Below, in pieces: positions 22,694 to 32,563 of a DNA stretch of 37,717 bases (positions are counted from its first letter, which is position 1; the number at the start of each line of letters is the position of its first letter). The DNA is from Candidatus Zambryskiibacteriota bacterium (GTDB lineage: Bacteria; Patescibacteriota; Minisyncoccia; Phycocordibacterales; DATGWK01): assembly GCA_023264565.1 (NCBI GenBank), contig JAHFLV010000006.1, forward strand, positions 1 to 37,717. Reading direction: 5' to 3'. The notes under the pieces are model-generated. The model had not been told where the DNA came from. It saw nothing but the letters and a program-made list of their open reading frames with translations, and searched no databases. Made by a program: the position numbers and the translations under genes.

Positions 22694-24433
22694 CTATATT
22701 AGAACACTCACAATCCTGAGTCGAAGTTCTGGATAACGTTTAAAGTAGGATTTTTCCATGCAGGCCTTAAGACTCACCGTGTCCCCCACTTTAAATTTTT
22801 TGAGCGGATCGTTCGCTTTGGTGAAAAAAGAAATGGCATTAAACACTTCGCCAACAGTGTTTTCGAAACTGAGCTCCATATGATTTTTAGTTTTTCCGAA
22901 CGGCTTTACGTTTTTTATACGCAAATTTTTGAAAAGGAAAACTGGCTTTGGATTACCAACGCCATAGGGCCCAAGTTTCTCGATAATTGAATAGGTGCTT
23001 GAATTTATATCATCAACGCTGAGTATATCTTCAAAATCTTCGAGCGCGTTTGCATCAGTCATAACTGAAAGTTTTTGATATGACTTTGAAAGTTGCTCTT
23101 CGAGGGTGTGAATTTTTTCTTGTTCGATCGCAAAGCCACCAGACATTTTGTGCCCACCAAAGGTAATAAAGAGATCGCGGCTTTCTTCCATAAGTTCGAC
23201 AACACTCACCCGGCCATCAGATCGGCATGAGCCCTTAATCACACTTCCCGTTTCTTTGCCCCATAAAAAGACTGGGCGATCGTGATCGTCCTTCAAACTA
23301 TTCGCAACGAGGCCCAAAACCGTCGGGCGCCAATGCAAATGCCCCATCACAATAACTGGAGTGAGCGTATTGTTTTGTTCACGTTCAACCATGCGCTGAC
23401 GCACATCTTTTACAATCGAAGCCACCAGACCCTTTCGCTCGTCGTTGATTTTATTTAAATGAGTGATGAGTGTGCCTGCCTGAATTTCATCAGTCGTCGC
23501 CAAAAGGTCGAATGCATCTTTCGGTACTCCCATGCGAGATGCAGCATTAATACGTGGGGTAATTGTAAAGCCCACGTCATCTTCGGTCATAAAACGTTGA
23601 TTCGTATTTGCGGCACGAAGGAGTCGCATAAGTCCAAGCCGCGGAGATTTGCGAAGAACCTTCAAACCATAGAGCGCAAAGACGCGGTTTTCCCCCACCA
23701 ACGGCACCATGTCAGAAAGCGTCGCAAGCCCTACCATATCAAGAAGCCACTTTTCCCAACCAACAGAAATTTTTTGATTGGTTATGTCGATGAGCTCACC
23801 CGCTGCATTTTTGACCTGCAGTTTTTTCTCTTCTTTTTTATTCAAAATTGCTTGAATGAATTTGAAAATGACACCCGAGCCACAAAGACCTTTGAATGGA
23901 TAACTACAATCTTTTTGCTTTGGATTGATGATAGCGAAGGCTGGCGGCAATTCCCCGCTTGGTTCATGATGGTCAGTAATAATTGTGTCGATACCTTTTT
24001 CGCGAGCATGTGCGATCGGTCCTACATCAGCAATACCGCAGTCGATCGTAATCATGAGTGTGGCACCGCGGCTGGCAATATCTTCGACCGCTCCGAGATT
24101 TACACCAAAGCCCTCTTCATGACGATCCGGAATATAGTTTTCAAAATTCTCGAAACCGATTTTCTTGAAAAAATCATGCAAAATCACACCACCCGGGATT
24201 CCATCAGCGTCATAGTCGCTATAAATAACAATTCGTTCATTGTTTCGAAACGCTTGAACAACACGATCAACCGATTTTTCCATGTCTTTGAGCAGATATG
24301 GATCATGAATATCCCGGGTGTAGTCGGGATTAAGAAATTTTTCCGCAGTTTCTGGGTCAGTCAGACCCCGCCTGTCGAGAAGTTTTTTTAAAAGTGGAGG
24401 AAAATGTACAACTGACATTGGGCAATTATACAT
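22694..24433 (-). CDS. recJ: Single-stranded-DNA-specific exonuclease RecJ
   Basis: 579 aa; DHH-family motifs (DYDADGI, ITDHHEP), GGHKMSGG (DHHA1). The start could be the Met at 24418. Confidence 0.9.
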   Translation of the reverse strand: MYNCPMSVVHFPPLLKKLLDRRGLTDPETAEKFLNPDYTRDIHDPYLLKDMEKSVDRVVQAFRNNERIVIYSDYDADGIPGGVILHDFFKKIGFENFENYIPDRHEEGFGVNLGAVEDIASRGATLMITIDCGIADVGPIAHAREKGIDTIITDHHEPSGELPPAFAIINPKQKDCSYPFKGLCGSGVIFKFIQAILNKKEEKKLQVKNAAGELIDITNQKISVGWEKWLLDMVGLATLSDMVPLVGENRVFALYGLKVLRKSPRLGLMRLLRAANTNQRFMTEDDVGFTITPRINAASRMGVPKDAFDLLATTDEIQAGTLITHLNKINDERKGLVASIVKDVRQRMVEREQNNTLTPVIVMGHLHWRPTVLGLVANSLKDDHDRPVFLWGKETGSVIKGSCRSDGRVSVVELMEESRDLFITFGGHKMSGGFAIEQEKIHTLEEQLSKSYQKLSVMTDANALEDFEDILSVDDINSSTYSIIEKLGPYGVGNPKPVFLFKNLRIKNVKPFGKTKNHMELSFENTVGEVFNAISFFTKANDPLKKFKVGDTVSLKACMEKSYFKRYPELRLRIVSVLI

Positions 24434-24513
24434 CGTTAGTCAGTCGCTGCGGACTAGCGGATGGCGCAAAACCGGGGTTAAAAATCGATAATAAAAAATG
24501 TTAAAATCTAGCC

Positions 24514-24936
24514 ATGAAGAATTCACAAAATCCGGGCACAGTAGGCACAACCAGCACAACAAATGAAAACTGTGTTTTCTGCAAAATAGTCAGGGGCGAA
24601 ATCCCAGCTCACAAGATATACGAGGACGAAAACTACCTCGCTTTTCTTGATATCAATCCACGCTCACCTGGACATGCCCAAATAATTCCAAAAACTCATT
24701 ATCGGTATGTATGGGATGTACCAAATGCTGGAGAGTATTTTGAGGTTGCTCAAAAGATCGCTAAAGCTCAACAAAAAACCAGTGGCACAGATGCCATCTG
24801 GTCACGAATTATGGGTGATGAAGTGCCACACGCTCATATTTGGGTATTTCCAAATCCTGATCTTGCACTCGGAGACAAAAAAGATTTTGCTGTAAATGCA
24901 GAGAAAATAAAGTCAGCCTTATGTAGAACCCCGTAG
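24514..24936 (+). CDS. HIT-family (histidine triad) protein
   Basis: CVFCKIVRGEIPA...AFLDINP..PGHAQIIPK and the HAHIWVFP histidine triad. Confidence 0.88.
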   Translation: MKNSQNPGTVGTTSTTNENCVFCKIVRGEIPAHKIYEDENYLAFLDINPRSPGHAQIIPKTHYRYVWDVPNAGEYFEVAQKIAKAQQKTSGTDAIWSRIMGDEVPHAHIWVFPNPDLALGDKKDFAVNAEKIKSALCRTP

Positions 24937-24945
24937 CTCGATAAT

Positions 24946-25332
24946 TTAATCCTGTCCCTTTTTCACTCCCCCAATTTTGGTGTGTACTTGAATTTCAAAG
25001 TCGTCGACAAAAAGAGACATGTTCAATTTTTCTACATCCCAACTCAGTTTTACTTTGTGGTCGGCATTCTTTGAAAGAATAAAAAATGGAGCGCTGATTT
25101 TTGCTGAACCTGCACCAGGAGCCGCATCAGTAGCACCTTCAAGAGCATCATTTACATAAAAACACTGAAGATCATCTTTTTCTGTAAAAACAGCGCGAAT
25201 AGAACCACCAGACAACGCCGCATCAAGAACGGTAATTGGTCGAGTCTCGTCTGCGAGAATTTCTTTGGTGACCACAAAAACTAAACTGTCTTTTTGAATA
25301 TTGAGTTTGCTGAAGTCGGTTTGGTTTTGCAT
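24946..25332 (-). CDS. Hypothetical acidic 128-aa protein, translationally coupled to pgk
   Basis: Its ATG directly abuts the pgk stop (TAAATG). No TM segment or signal peptide and no recognisable motif. Confidence 0.55.
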   Translation of the reverse strand: MQNQTDFSKLNIQKDSLVFVVTKEILADETRPITVLDAALSGGSIRAVFTEKDDLQCFYVNDALEGATDAAPGAGSAKISAPFFILSKNADHKVKLSWDVEKLNMSLFVDDFEIQVHTKIGGVKKGQD

Positions 25333-26475
25333 TTATTTGCTGTTTTTCAGAGCATCAATTCCTGGCAAAGTTTCTGCTGACAAAAAATCGAGCATTGCAC
25401 CACCACCAGTTGAAACAAATGTGAACTTATCCATGAGACCAAGAGTTTGGATAGCAGCGACAGTGTCACCTCCCCCAACGATCGACTTGGCTCCAGAGGC
25501 TGAAATAATTTCTGCTAATTTTTTAGTACCCTCTGAGAAGCCTTCTTCGTAATTTCCAAGCGGTCCATTCCACAGAATAAATTTTGATTTATTGACAAGC
25601 TCTTCAAGCTGCACAAGAGAGCCTGCGCCAGCATCCCAAATTTTGTCTTTTGGACCAATTTCCTGAATAGATTTTGTGACATGCTCATTTGATCCTTCAG
25701 CGCTTTGCACAACCGCATCGCTCGGAACAAATACTTTTTTGGTTTCGAGCATTTCTGGCAAATTAAAATTTCCAGGTGAAACAAGTGATTCCCCTATTTC
25801 CATACCAAGTTCCTTAAAAAAATTATTGGCCAAGGCACCACCAACAAACACAGAGTCAGCGAGTTTTAAAAACTTTTGAATTAAAGGCATCTTGGTATCA
25901 AACTTGGCACCGCCGAGGATAAACAGAAATGGCCGATCCGGAGTAAAAGCCTGGCTGAGATTTTCTACTTCTCGCATAAATGTCGGACCAGCGAAGCTTG
26001 GAAGGAACTTTGGTACACCGACTATCGATGCATGGGCACGGTGCGAAACCGGAAAGGCTTCGTTTACATAGACATCCCCCATAGCTGCGAGTTGCTTCGC
26101 AAAAGTTTCATCATTTTCCTTTTCACCTTTGTTGATTCGAAGATTTTCAAAAAGAACCATGTCGCCCTCTTTCATGGCGTCGAGCGCCGTTTGGGCAGCA
26201 TCCGTAAAATATTCTGAAATAAATGTGACTCGCACGTTCTTTTCAGCAAAATAATCTGCGACGGGCTTGAGGGATTCCCCACCTTTGCCTTCGATGTGAC
26301 TAATTGCCACAATCTTTGCCCCAGCTTCGCGAAGGCTGGTAAGCATCGGCATAGCTGCTAAAATTCTAAAATCATCACCGACTTTGTTATCGACAATCGG
26401 CACGTTCAAATCGAGCCTCACCAGAACCCGCTTCCCCTTCAAATCTTTCGCTTCGGTAATATTTTTGAGACTCAT
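25333..26475 (-). CDS. pgk: Phosphoglycerate kinase
   Basis: 380 aa; RVDLNVP, FILGGAKFDTK and STGGGA motifs. Confidence 0.95.
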   Translation of the reverse strand: MSLKNITEAKDLKGKRVLVRLDLNVPIVDNKVGDDFRILAAMPMLTSLREAGAKIVAISHIEGKGGESLKPVADYFAEKNVRVTFISEYFTDAAQTALDAMKEGDMVLFENLRINKGEKENDETFAKQLAAMGDVYVNEAFPVSHRAHASIVGVPKFLPSFAGPTFMREVENLSQAFTPDRPFLFILGGAKFDTKMPLIQKFLKLADSVFVGGALANNFFKELGMEIGESLVSPGNFNLPEMLETKKVFVPSDAVVQSAEGSNEHVTKSIQEIGPKDKIWDAGAGSLVQLEELVNKSKFILWNGPLGNYEEGFSEGTKKLAEIISASGAKSIVGGGDTVAAIQTLGLMDKFTFVSTGGGAMLDFLSAETLPGIDALKNSK

Positions 26476-26483
26476 GGAAAAAA

Positions 26484-27263
26484 TTATTTAGCAGCTTTCA
26501 CCTGCGCATCAGCAATAGTCAAAATATCTTTGAATTGGATTGGGTCAAGAGACTGACGACCGACCAACAAACCGTTCACATGGCCATTATTTAAAATATC
26601 TTCGGCATTGAGTGCGCTCACTGAGCCACCGTACAACACAGGAATAGTTTCAGCGTATTCCCGACCAAGCATTTCGGTCAAAACCTTCTTTATATAGATA
26701 TACATTTCGTACATGTCAGAGCCCTTCATGGCTTCGCGATCACTTTTGCCGATAGCCCAGACTGGTTCATAGGCAATAATGAAGTTTTCTACAAATTTTT
26801 TCTGAATACCAGAAAGGGCAGAACCAAGCTGCTGTTTTACAAAAGAAAGATATTCACCATGGGCATCACGTTCTTTTTCTCCGATACACAAAATAACAGT
26901 GAGCTCTTGTTTGAGAGCCGCCAAGACTTTTTTGTTGATCATTTCGTTGGTCTCACCGAGTTCGCGGCGTTCCGAGTGGCCGACAATGACGTGGGATCCA
27001 CCTGAAGACTTAACCATGGTGGAACTAATTTCACCGGTATATGAGCCGCTATTTTCCCAGAAAAGATTTTGGGCACCGATGTGTACTTTTTTAGAAGCGA
27101 GTTTTGCCAAGCCTGCAAAATAAATTGCGGGCGGACACATAATCGTTTCGGTTCTTTTGAGCTTGTCCCCTACGCGACGAGTAGCGAGAAAAATTTCTCG
27201 AGCGGCTTCGGGGGTTTCAGGATTCATCTTCCAGTTTGCAACAATCAGACGCTGAGATTTCAT
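26484..27263 (-). CDS. tpiA: Triosephosphate isomerase
   Basis: VANWKMN, IVGHSERR, AYEPVWAIG and YGGSV motifs. ATG at 27263 preferred over 27284. Confidence 0.93.
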   Translation of the reverse strand: MKSQRLIVANWKMNPETPEAAREIFLATRRVGDKLKRTETIMCPPAIYFAGLAKLASKKVHIGAQNLFWENSGSYTGEISSTMVKSSGGSHVIVGHSERRELGETNEMINKKVLAALKQELTVILCIGEKERDAHGEYLSFVKQQLGSALSGIQKKFVENFIIAYEPVWAIGKSDREAMKGSDMYEMYIYIKKVLTEMLGREYAETIPVLYGGSVSALNAEDILNNGHVNGLLVGRQSLDPIQFKDILTIADAQVKAAK

Positions 27264-27312
27264 AAGGCCTATTTTAACATACAAATTTTGAGCGGTTTTA
27301 TTACACCATTTC

Positions 27313-28863
27313 TTATTGCACCTCTTCCCAAGAAATAGTCGAGTACTGGTCCGATGTCAGCGGAAAGCTTGGCGGTGGGCCATAGAGCAGATTGGCATCA
27401 TACGTGATGTTTCGAGTACAGTAACCGCTACCGATGTTGCCTATAGAGCCACCACAGTCATAATCATTTCCAGTCCACGAGAAGCCATATCGCTGATTTG
27501 TGGCGATCATTCCATACAGCGTGATCTGAGACTTGTGAAAATCGGCGCCGCAGCTTGTATTGTAGTAATACCTTCCGACTCGGCCGTTTTGGGCCATAAG
27601 CGCAGCCTCGATATCAAGAGCATCAGCGCTATATAGCCCCACATTGATGTTATTTTGAGCGATCAGCGAAATAACGTCATGACCATCATGAGTCGAGTAC
27701 ATTAAATCGTTATTTACTGTGATGTTTGTGCGAGTCGATGCATTGTCTGGGAATTTTCCTGAAGCCACCGTAACACGGGTGTTGCTGATTGACCCCTCAA
27801 CCCACACGTTGTCTTCGAAGAAAATGAGACCATTGGCTGGAATGGTAAAAGGAGAGCCTGTAACTGCGGTTAATGCCCCGCCACCGGTACCAATGCTCCA
27901 TGTCGCCCATCCTGGCTGCGCTGGGGTTGGATTCACACAACCACTTGGTGCTGCACGAAGGGTGTTTACTTTATATACAGAATAGGTGTCGGTTGCGCTT
28001 TGGGCATTGAAAACAACCTTGTAGCCAAGGGCACCAGAAGCAGCGAAATATTTGCCTGATGACGTTTGCGCGGCGGCTTTAATCTGAGCCAGATCATTAG
28101 TGAGACCCACAAAATCGACACTTGGCACCGAAACCTGTCTGCCTGATTCAAAAACATCTGTGCGAACCTGCATGGCTGCTGGAGGCACCTCGAGTGGACG
28201 ATAGGTGTCAGTTGTTCCACTACCTGGCGGTGCATTAACGTGCGTATGGACACCAAATTCGAGCTTCTCACTACCAGAATCGTCATGATCGGGATCGTCA
28301 TAGCTTGCGCGCGCACTGCTCACAATATTATGGGCCAAGCCATCGAAACGAATACCGCCATTTGAATGAATCGGGCCGAAGACTTCGGTACCAACACCAA
28401 AACGCATATCGTTATTTGAAACAAAAGCAAATTTTGCCATCGAAGGAATCGCTAGCGTGGTCTTTATTGATCTTTTTATGGTGGTACTTTCAGCAACTCT
28501 TCCTGTTGATTTAATAGTCACAAGCGTTGAGCCGGGTATTGGTGGTGTAATTTCTAGCGTATATGTGCCAATTTTCGCGCCGTCTTTGTCAAAAAAATCA
28601 TGGGAATATGGACCAGCAGTACCCGTACCGTCCGTGAAATCCGTTGAAGCATGCGCCAAATGCCAACGGTAATAATCAATACCGGCTTCTGCAATCTCAA
28701 TAGCCTTCTCTTTCAAAACTGACGAACGAGAAGCTTTTATGTTTGTCCCCGCCCAAAGCACCAACGCACTGACAATAACTGCCGCAATACCCGCAAACAC
28801 CAAGGCATGCACAACCATGAATCCTTTTTTCGAAAACCGAGAATGTAGCTGTGTGAAATTCAT
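27313..28863 (-). CDS. Large PilX/GspK-like minor pseudopilin lacking Glu5
   Basis: N-terminus KKG|FMVVHALVFAGIAAVIV: pilin-like helix but His at +5. PilX_N-like AIEIAEAGIDYY. Large beta-rich ectodomain. Located in the pilus operon. Confidence 0.6.
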   Translation of the reverse strand: MNFTQLHSRFSKKGFMVVHALVFAGIAAVIVSALVLWAGTNIKASRSSVLKEKAIEIAEAGIDYYRWHLAHASTDFTDGTGTAGPYSHDFFDKDGAKIGTYTLEITPPIPGSTLVTIKSTGRVAESTTIKRSIKTTLAIPSMAKFAFVSNNDMRFGVGTEVFGPIHSNGGIRFDGLAHNIVSSARASYDDPDHDDSGSEKLEFGVHTHVNAPPGSGTTDTYRPLEVPPAAMQVRTDVFESGRQVSVPSVDFVGLTNDLAQIKAAAQTSSGKYFAASGALGYKVVFNAQSATDTYSVYKVNTLRAAPSGCVNPTPAQPGWATWSIGTGGGALTAVTGSPFTIPANGLIFFEDNVWVEGSISNTRVTVASGKFPDNASTRTNITVNNDLMYSTHDGHDVISLIAQNNINVGLYSADALDIEAALMAQNGRVGRYYYNTSCGADFHKSQITLYGMIATNQRYGFSWTGNDYDCGGSIGNIGSGYCTRNITYDANLLYGPPPSFPLTSDQYSTISWEEVQ

Positions 28864-29514
28864 TTAAAGATTATCTTTTAGATTTCGAATCGTAACCTGC
28901 GAAGTGAACGTAAGCGGCTGCGTCGATTTTGAAGACTTACGTTCAAGGATCATATTAATCTTAACAAGTTTTATAGCCGAAACATCTACAGGAATTGTGA
29001 GTGGTGATGTTGTACCTGTGTATGTTCCATCGTAATACTGAAATAGTGGTGTACTTGTGCTATTCAAAACCCCAGTTGAAACCGTAGTAACAACCGCAGA
29101 ACCAGAATTATATACGAGCGGATTACCAGTTGGATTGATGACGCTTTTAAAAAGTTTATTGCTTTGAATGTAATATCGAATTTGCTCTTTCACAGAATCA
29201 GCATCAATATCGGAATAAAAAGTAATCGTAGATGTTGCTGCGGCTGCGATCGGATATGCACCGAGGCTCGATGGCGACATTTCACGCATTTCCCCCACCA
29301 TACTTGTCACAGCTCTCCTTCCTTCAATCTGCGCATCGAGATCTTCCTGGATATATTGGTTGAGTGAAAAGACGTCTCGTTCAAAGAAAGTCGTCAAAAG
29401 CACGATGGCGGAAAAGATACCGAGTGCCACCAAAATTTCAGCAAGAGTCATACCGCGCGAAGTGCGTGATTTACCTGGAGTGTGTCGTTTTTTTATGCGT
29501 GTGAAAAAATTCAT
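28864..29514 (-). CDS. Prepilin-type N-terminal cleavage/methylation domain protein (pseudopilin)
   Basis: SRG|MTLAEILVALGIF matches the class III signal peptide with Glu5. 216 aa. Confidence 0.8.
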   Translation of the reverse strand: MNFFTRIKKRHTPGKSRTSRGMTLAEILVALGIFSAIVLLTTFFERDVFSLNQYIQEDLDAQIEGRRAVTSMVGEMREMSPSSLGAYPIAAAATSTITFYSDIDADSVKEQIRYYIQSNKLFKSVINPTGNPLVYNSGSAVVTTVSTGVLNSTSTPLFQYYDGTYTGTTSPLTIPVDVSAIKLVKINMILERKSSKSTQPLTFTSQVTIRNLKDNL

Positions 29515-29530
29515 ACAGATTTTATTCTTT

Positions 29531-31333
29531 TTAACTCGGCAAAAGCGACACTTCTTGTTGCTTCCAAGAACTATTTATAGTGATCGGAATAATCTGAGTA
29601 TCATAATTTGTATGAGAAATTGTTAGTGTGTATGAACCGTTTGGGACACCGGTGAAAGCAGTTTGACCAGGCGGTACACACTGGGAAGCAAAAGTGAAAG
29701 AAACATCGGAAACGTTTGGTGTATATGTCGTGCTCGCTGTATTCAAAAAGAGTTTATATCTTAAATACTGATCATTATTATGAACGGCATTTATTGTCGA
29801 AACACCCGAGGTGTAATAGGTAGTGTCAGTACCGTCTGGACCCTTAAAATTCCAAGTAGTCGTATCATTGTTTGTGGCAATCTGCATTTTTACACTATTT
29901 GCTCCAGTTGCAGCAGGCTGACTCGCCGGCAGCCATGACAATTGATAGAAGTTACTTGCGGAACCCGTATTGAATGTTGAAGAGGTTAATACACCGCTTG
30001 AATCATACACCCCAAAGGAACCAGTGAGTTTCGCTTCACCCGCTGGACTCGTGACATTTACGTTGCTCGATGAAAAATATTGAGCCAGGTCACTTGAAGT
30101 CGCCTGCCCAGCACCATGTGACCAATCTGTTTGAGTAATAAATCCACGCTCCGTAAGCAAGGTTTGGTCGTAACTTCCACCCTGGAGCCGCACCGTGGTG
30201 TTTGAAAGCGGCAAACCAGTCGACGTGTCTTTTACGATCACGAGTAATGTCGAAGGATTTTTTGGCGCAATGATAAGTTTCACGTTCGCAACGCTATCTT
30301 GAGCCAAAGAGACTGGGAAAAGTGGATTTGTTCCAATGAGATCGTACACGGCGTCAGTTGCAGTAATCGGATATGTGTCCCATTCCATATTAGTAAGATT
30401 CCTAGCACCAGAACTGTCAGTCACAAGACTCTGGCTGTATTTCAAAACGTTTGGACTCGTACCAATGAGCTTTGTGCCCATAAGATCAAAATGAAAAGAA
30501 GGAACAGGGGCACAGGCCAATGTTGAGCTTTGAATATTCATCGTACTCACTTCATCGATCACAAAACTAATCTGCGTAACATGCTGTGCTGTCACTGTTG
30601 CGTGGGGTTTAGTTGGGTTTGGATTTCCTACAGCACCAGGCGTGTAGGTTCGGTCAGTGGTGTATCCTCCCTTTGTTACCGTAATTTGATAGGCATTTAC
30701 ACCCGGTGGCGCATCAACAACCTGCAACATACCACTATTGTTCGTCACATCGTCAATTACAATCGGCGTCGCAGGTTGGCTATTTACAATATGCACGCTC
30801 GCATCTGGCACTGGTTGGCCGTTTGCATCAAAGACTCTCACGAAAAGCGCACCGTTTGTTGAGGTTGTTTCAAGTGCTTTTGGAGCCACGTGAGTATTCA
30901 CAAAAATCGGTGGGAAATTTTTGCATGTCGCACAACCAATCTCAATTTCAACGAGCCTATAGTCCGCAGGAGAAAGATCATTCGGGCTGCCGCCAATGGT
31001 GCCGTCAAACGGATCGTCGACGTTTCGAATGGTGGTGGTTGCCTGAAACGTGTACCCACTACGGACAAATGTTTCCGCGTGTAAAAGCACACCGTCTGGA
31101 ATACTGCCACTGATACCAACATCTTCAAAAGCCAGATTTCTAATGAGCTCAAAGCGCTCATTCGCCAAATCCATAGCAACGATTTTTGTTCGAGAAACCG
31201 CAATCACTTTCAAAACTGAAGTGAACGCATTATAAATGCCCACCGAAATCACGAGAAAAATCGCGGCGCCAATAAGCATCTCGACCAAACTGAAACCGCC
31301 AGTGCGATTTTTTTGTGTTTTTTTATATAACAT
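29531..31333 (-). CDS. Giant pseudopilin with CarboxypepD_reg-like beta-sandwich region
   Basis: MLYKKTQKNRTGG|FSLVEMLIGAAIF prepilin motif (start at 31333 gives an 11-nt overlap with pilC). FVRVFDANGQPVPDASVHIV...YQITVTKGGY repeat-like Ig folds. Confidence 0.8.
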   Translation of the reverse strand: MLYKKTQKNRTGGFSLVEMLIGAAIFLVISVGIYNAFTSVLKVIAVSRTKIVAMDLANERFELIRNLAFEDVGISGSIPDGVLLHAETFVRSGYTFQATTTIRNVDDPFDGTIGGSPNDLSPADYRLVEIEIGCATCKNFPPIFVNTHVAPKALETTSTNGALFVRVFDANGQPVPDASVHIVNSQPATPIVIDDVTNNSGMLQVVDAPPGVNAYQITVTKGGYTTDRTYTPGAVGNPNPTKPHATVTAQHVTQISFVIDEVSTMNIQSSTLACAPVPSFHFDLMGTKLIGTSPNVLKYSQSLVTDSSGARNLTNMEWDTYPITATDAVYDLIGTNPLFPVSLAQDSVANVKLIIAPKNPSTLLVIVKDTSTGLPLSNTTVRLQGGSYDQTLLTERGFITQTDWSHGAGQATSSDLAQYFSSSNVNVTSPAGEAKLTGSFGVYDSSGVLTSSTFNTGSASNFYQLSWLPASQPAATGANSVKMQIATNNDTTTWNFKGPDGTDTTYYTSGVSTINAVHNNDQYLRYKLFLNTASTTYTPNVSDVSFTFASQCVPPGQTAFTGVPNGSYTLTISHTNYDTQIIPITINSSWKQQEVSLLPS

Positions 31334-32549
31334 CGACAAGCGCATACATTGGAGAAAGCATTGCGAGCGCAAAGAAACCGACCGCGATACCGATGAAGAC
31401 CATCAAAAACGGTTCGATGATCGTCGAAAGATCTTTGGTTTTCTGGTCAACTTCATTTTCATAATAAATAGCCACGTTTTCAAACATTTCGGAAAGACGA
31501 CCGGTTTCTTCACCGATACTTGCCATTTCGCCGACAAACGCCGGATACAGTTTTTCCTCTTCTTCAAAAACCGTTGAAACAGGCTTTCCCTTCTCTACCG
31601 CAATCTCTGCACGTTTGAGAACTTCTTTATAGTACGAATTTTGCACGACATCACCGGCGATCTTCATGGCAACCAAAATATCGACGCCGGCTTTGAGAAG
31701 CGACGTAAGAGTTCGAGCCGTACGGGCAGAATTGGTTTCTTTAACGATCGTACTAATAATCGGGATACGCAAAATAATCGTGTCGATGGTGCGTCCGCCA
31801 GATTTGGTTTTTTTCCAATACATGAACCCAGCAACAATCGCGATCACCGCACCGAGCGTGATCAAGATATTATTTTTAAGAAAATCAGAAAAACCAATGA
31901 TAATTCGGGTCATAAGTGGTAACTGTACGTTGAGTTCTTTAAACACACCAGAAAGAGTCGGCACCACAAAAATAAGCATCAAAAAAGTAATAGCAATCAT
32001 GATACAGATAATGATTGCCGGATAAATCATAGCGCCGCGAACCTTTTTAGAAAGTTGCTGAGCTTTTTCGAGCTGATTTCCAACGGCCTTGAGCGCACCA
32101 GTGAGACTTCCAGATTCTTCACCGGCTTTTGCCATAGAAATGAATAGTTTTGAAAAAACCTTTGGATGGTTTTCCATGGCGGTGGAAAGAGTTTCACCGC
32201 GAGCCACCCGGGCATTGAGGTCACCCAGAACTTTTTTAAATGGAGCGCTTCGAGTTTGCTTTTCCATAACCGCAATCGCTCGAGTCATTGGCAAACCAGC
32301 GTCGATCATCACTCCAAGATTTTTGGCAAACTGAACCTTGTCAGACATTTTCACACCAGAAAACGCCGACATGTTTTTCATGGAATCAAGAAAGGATTTC
32401 TTATCACTTCCCCTAACCATCTCAACATGAACTACAGTTCCACCCTCTTTTCGGATAGCTTCGTAGAGAGCAAATTTATCTGCCGCTTCTAATTCCCCAT
32501 CATATTTCTCGCCGCCAGTGCGGATTGCTTTGAATTTAAATTTCGACAT
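31323..32549 (-). CDS. pilC: Type IV pilus platform protein PilC (GspF family)
   Basis: 408 aa, duplicated GspF domains, three TM segments, located directly after pilB. Confidence 0.9.
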   Translation of the reverse strand: MSKFKFKAIRTGGEKYDGELEAADKFALYEAIRKEGGTVVHVEMVRGSDKKSFLDSMKNMSAFSGVKMSDKVQFAKNLGVMIDAGLPMTRAIAVMEKQTRSAPFKKVLGDLNARVARGETLSTAMENHPKVFSKLFISMAKAGEESGSLTGALKAVGNQLEKAQQLSKKVRGAMIYPAIIICIMIAITFLMLIFVVPTLSGVFKELNVQLPLMTRIIIGFSDFLKNNILITLGAVIAIVAGFMYWKKTKSGGRTIDTIILRIPIISTIVKETNSARTARTLTSLLKAGVDILVAMKIAGDVVQNSYYKEVLKRAEIAVEKGKPVSTVFEEEEKLYPAFVGEMASIGEETGRLSEMFENVAIYYENEVDQKTKDLSTIIEPFLMVFIGIAVGFFALAMLSPMYALVDVI

Positions 32550-32563
32550 TGTATATCTTTTTA

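Noticed and set aside
23459-24391. 310-aa plus-strand ORF
   Set aside because: It lies entirely antisense to recJ, whose DHH/DHHA1 motifs are unambiguous. Its translation is low-complexity with no start context, so it is an antisense shadow ORF.
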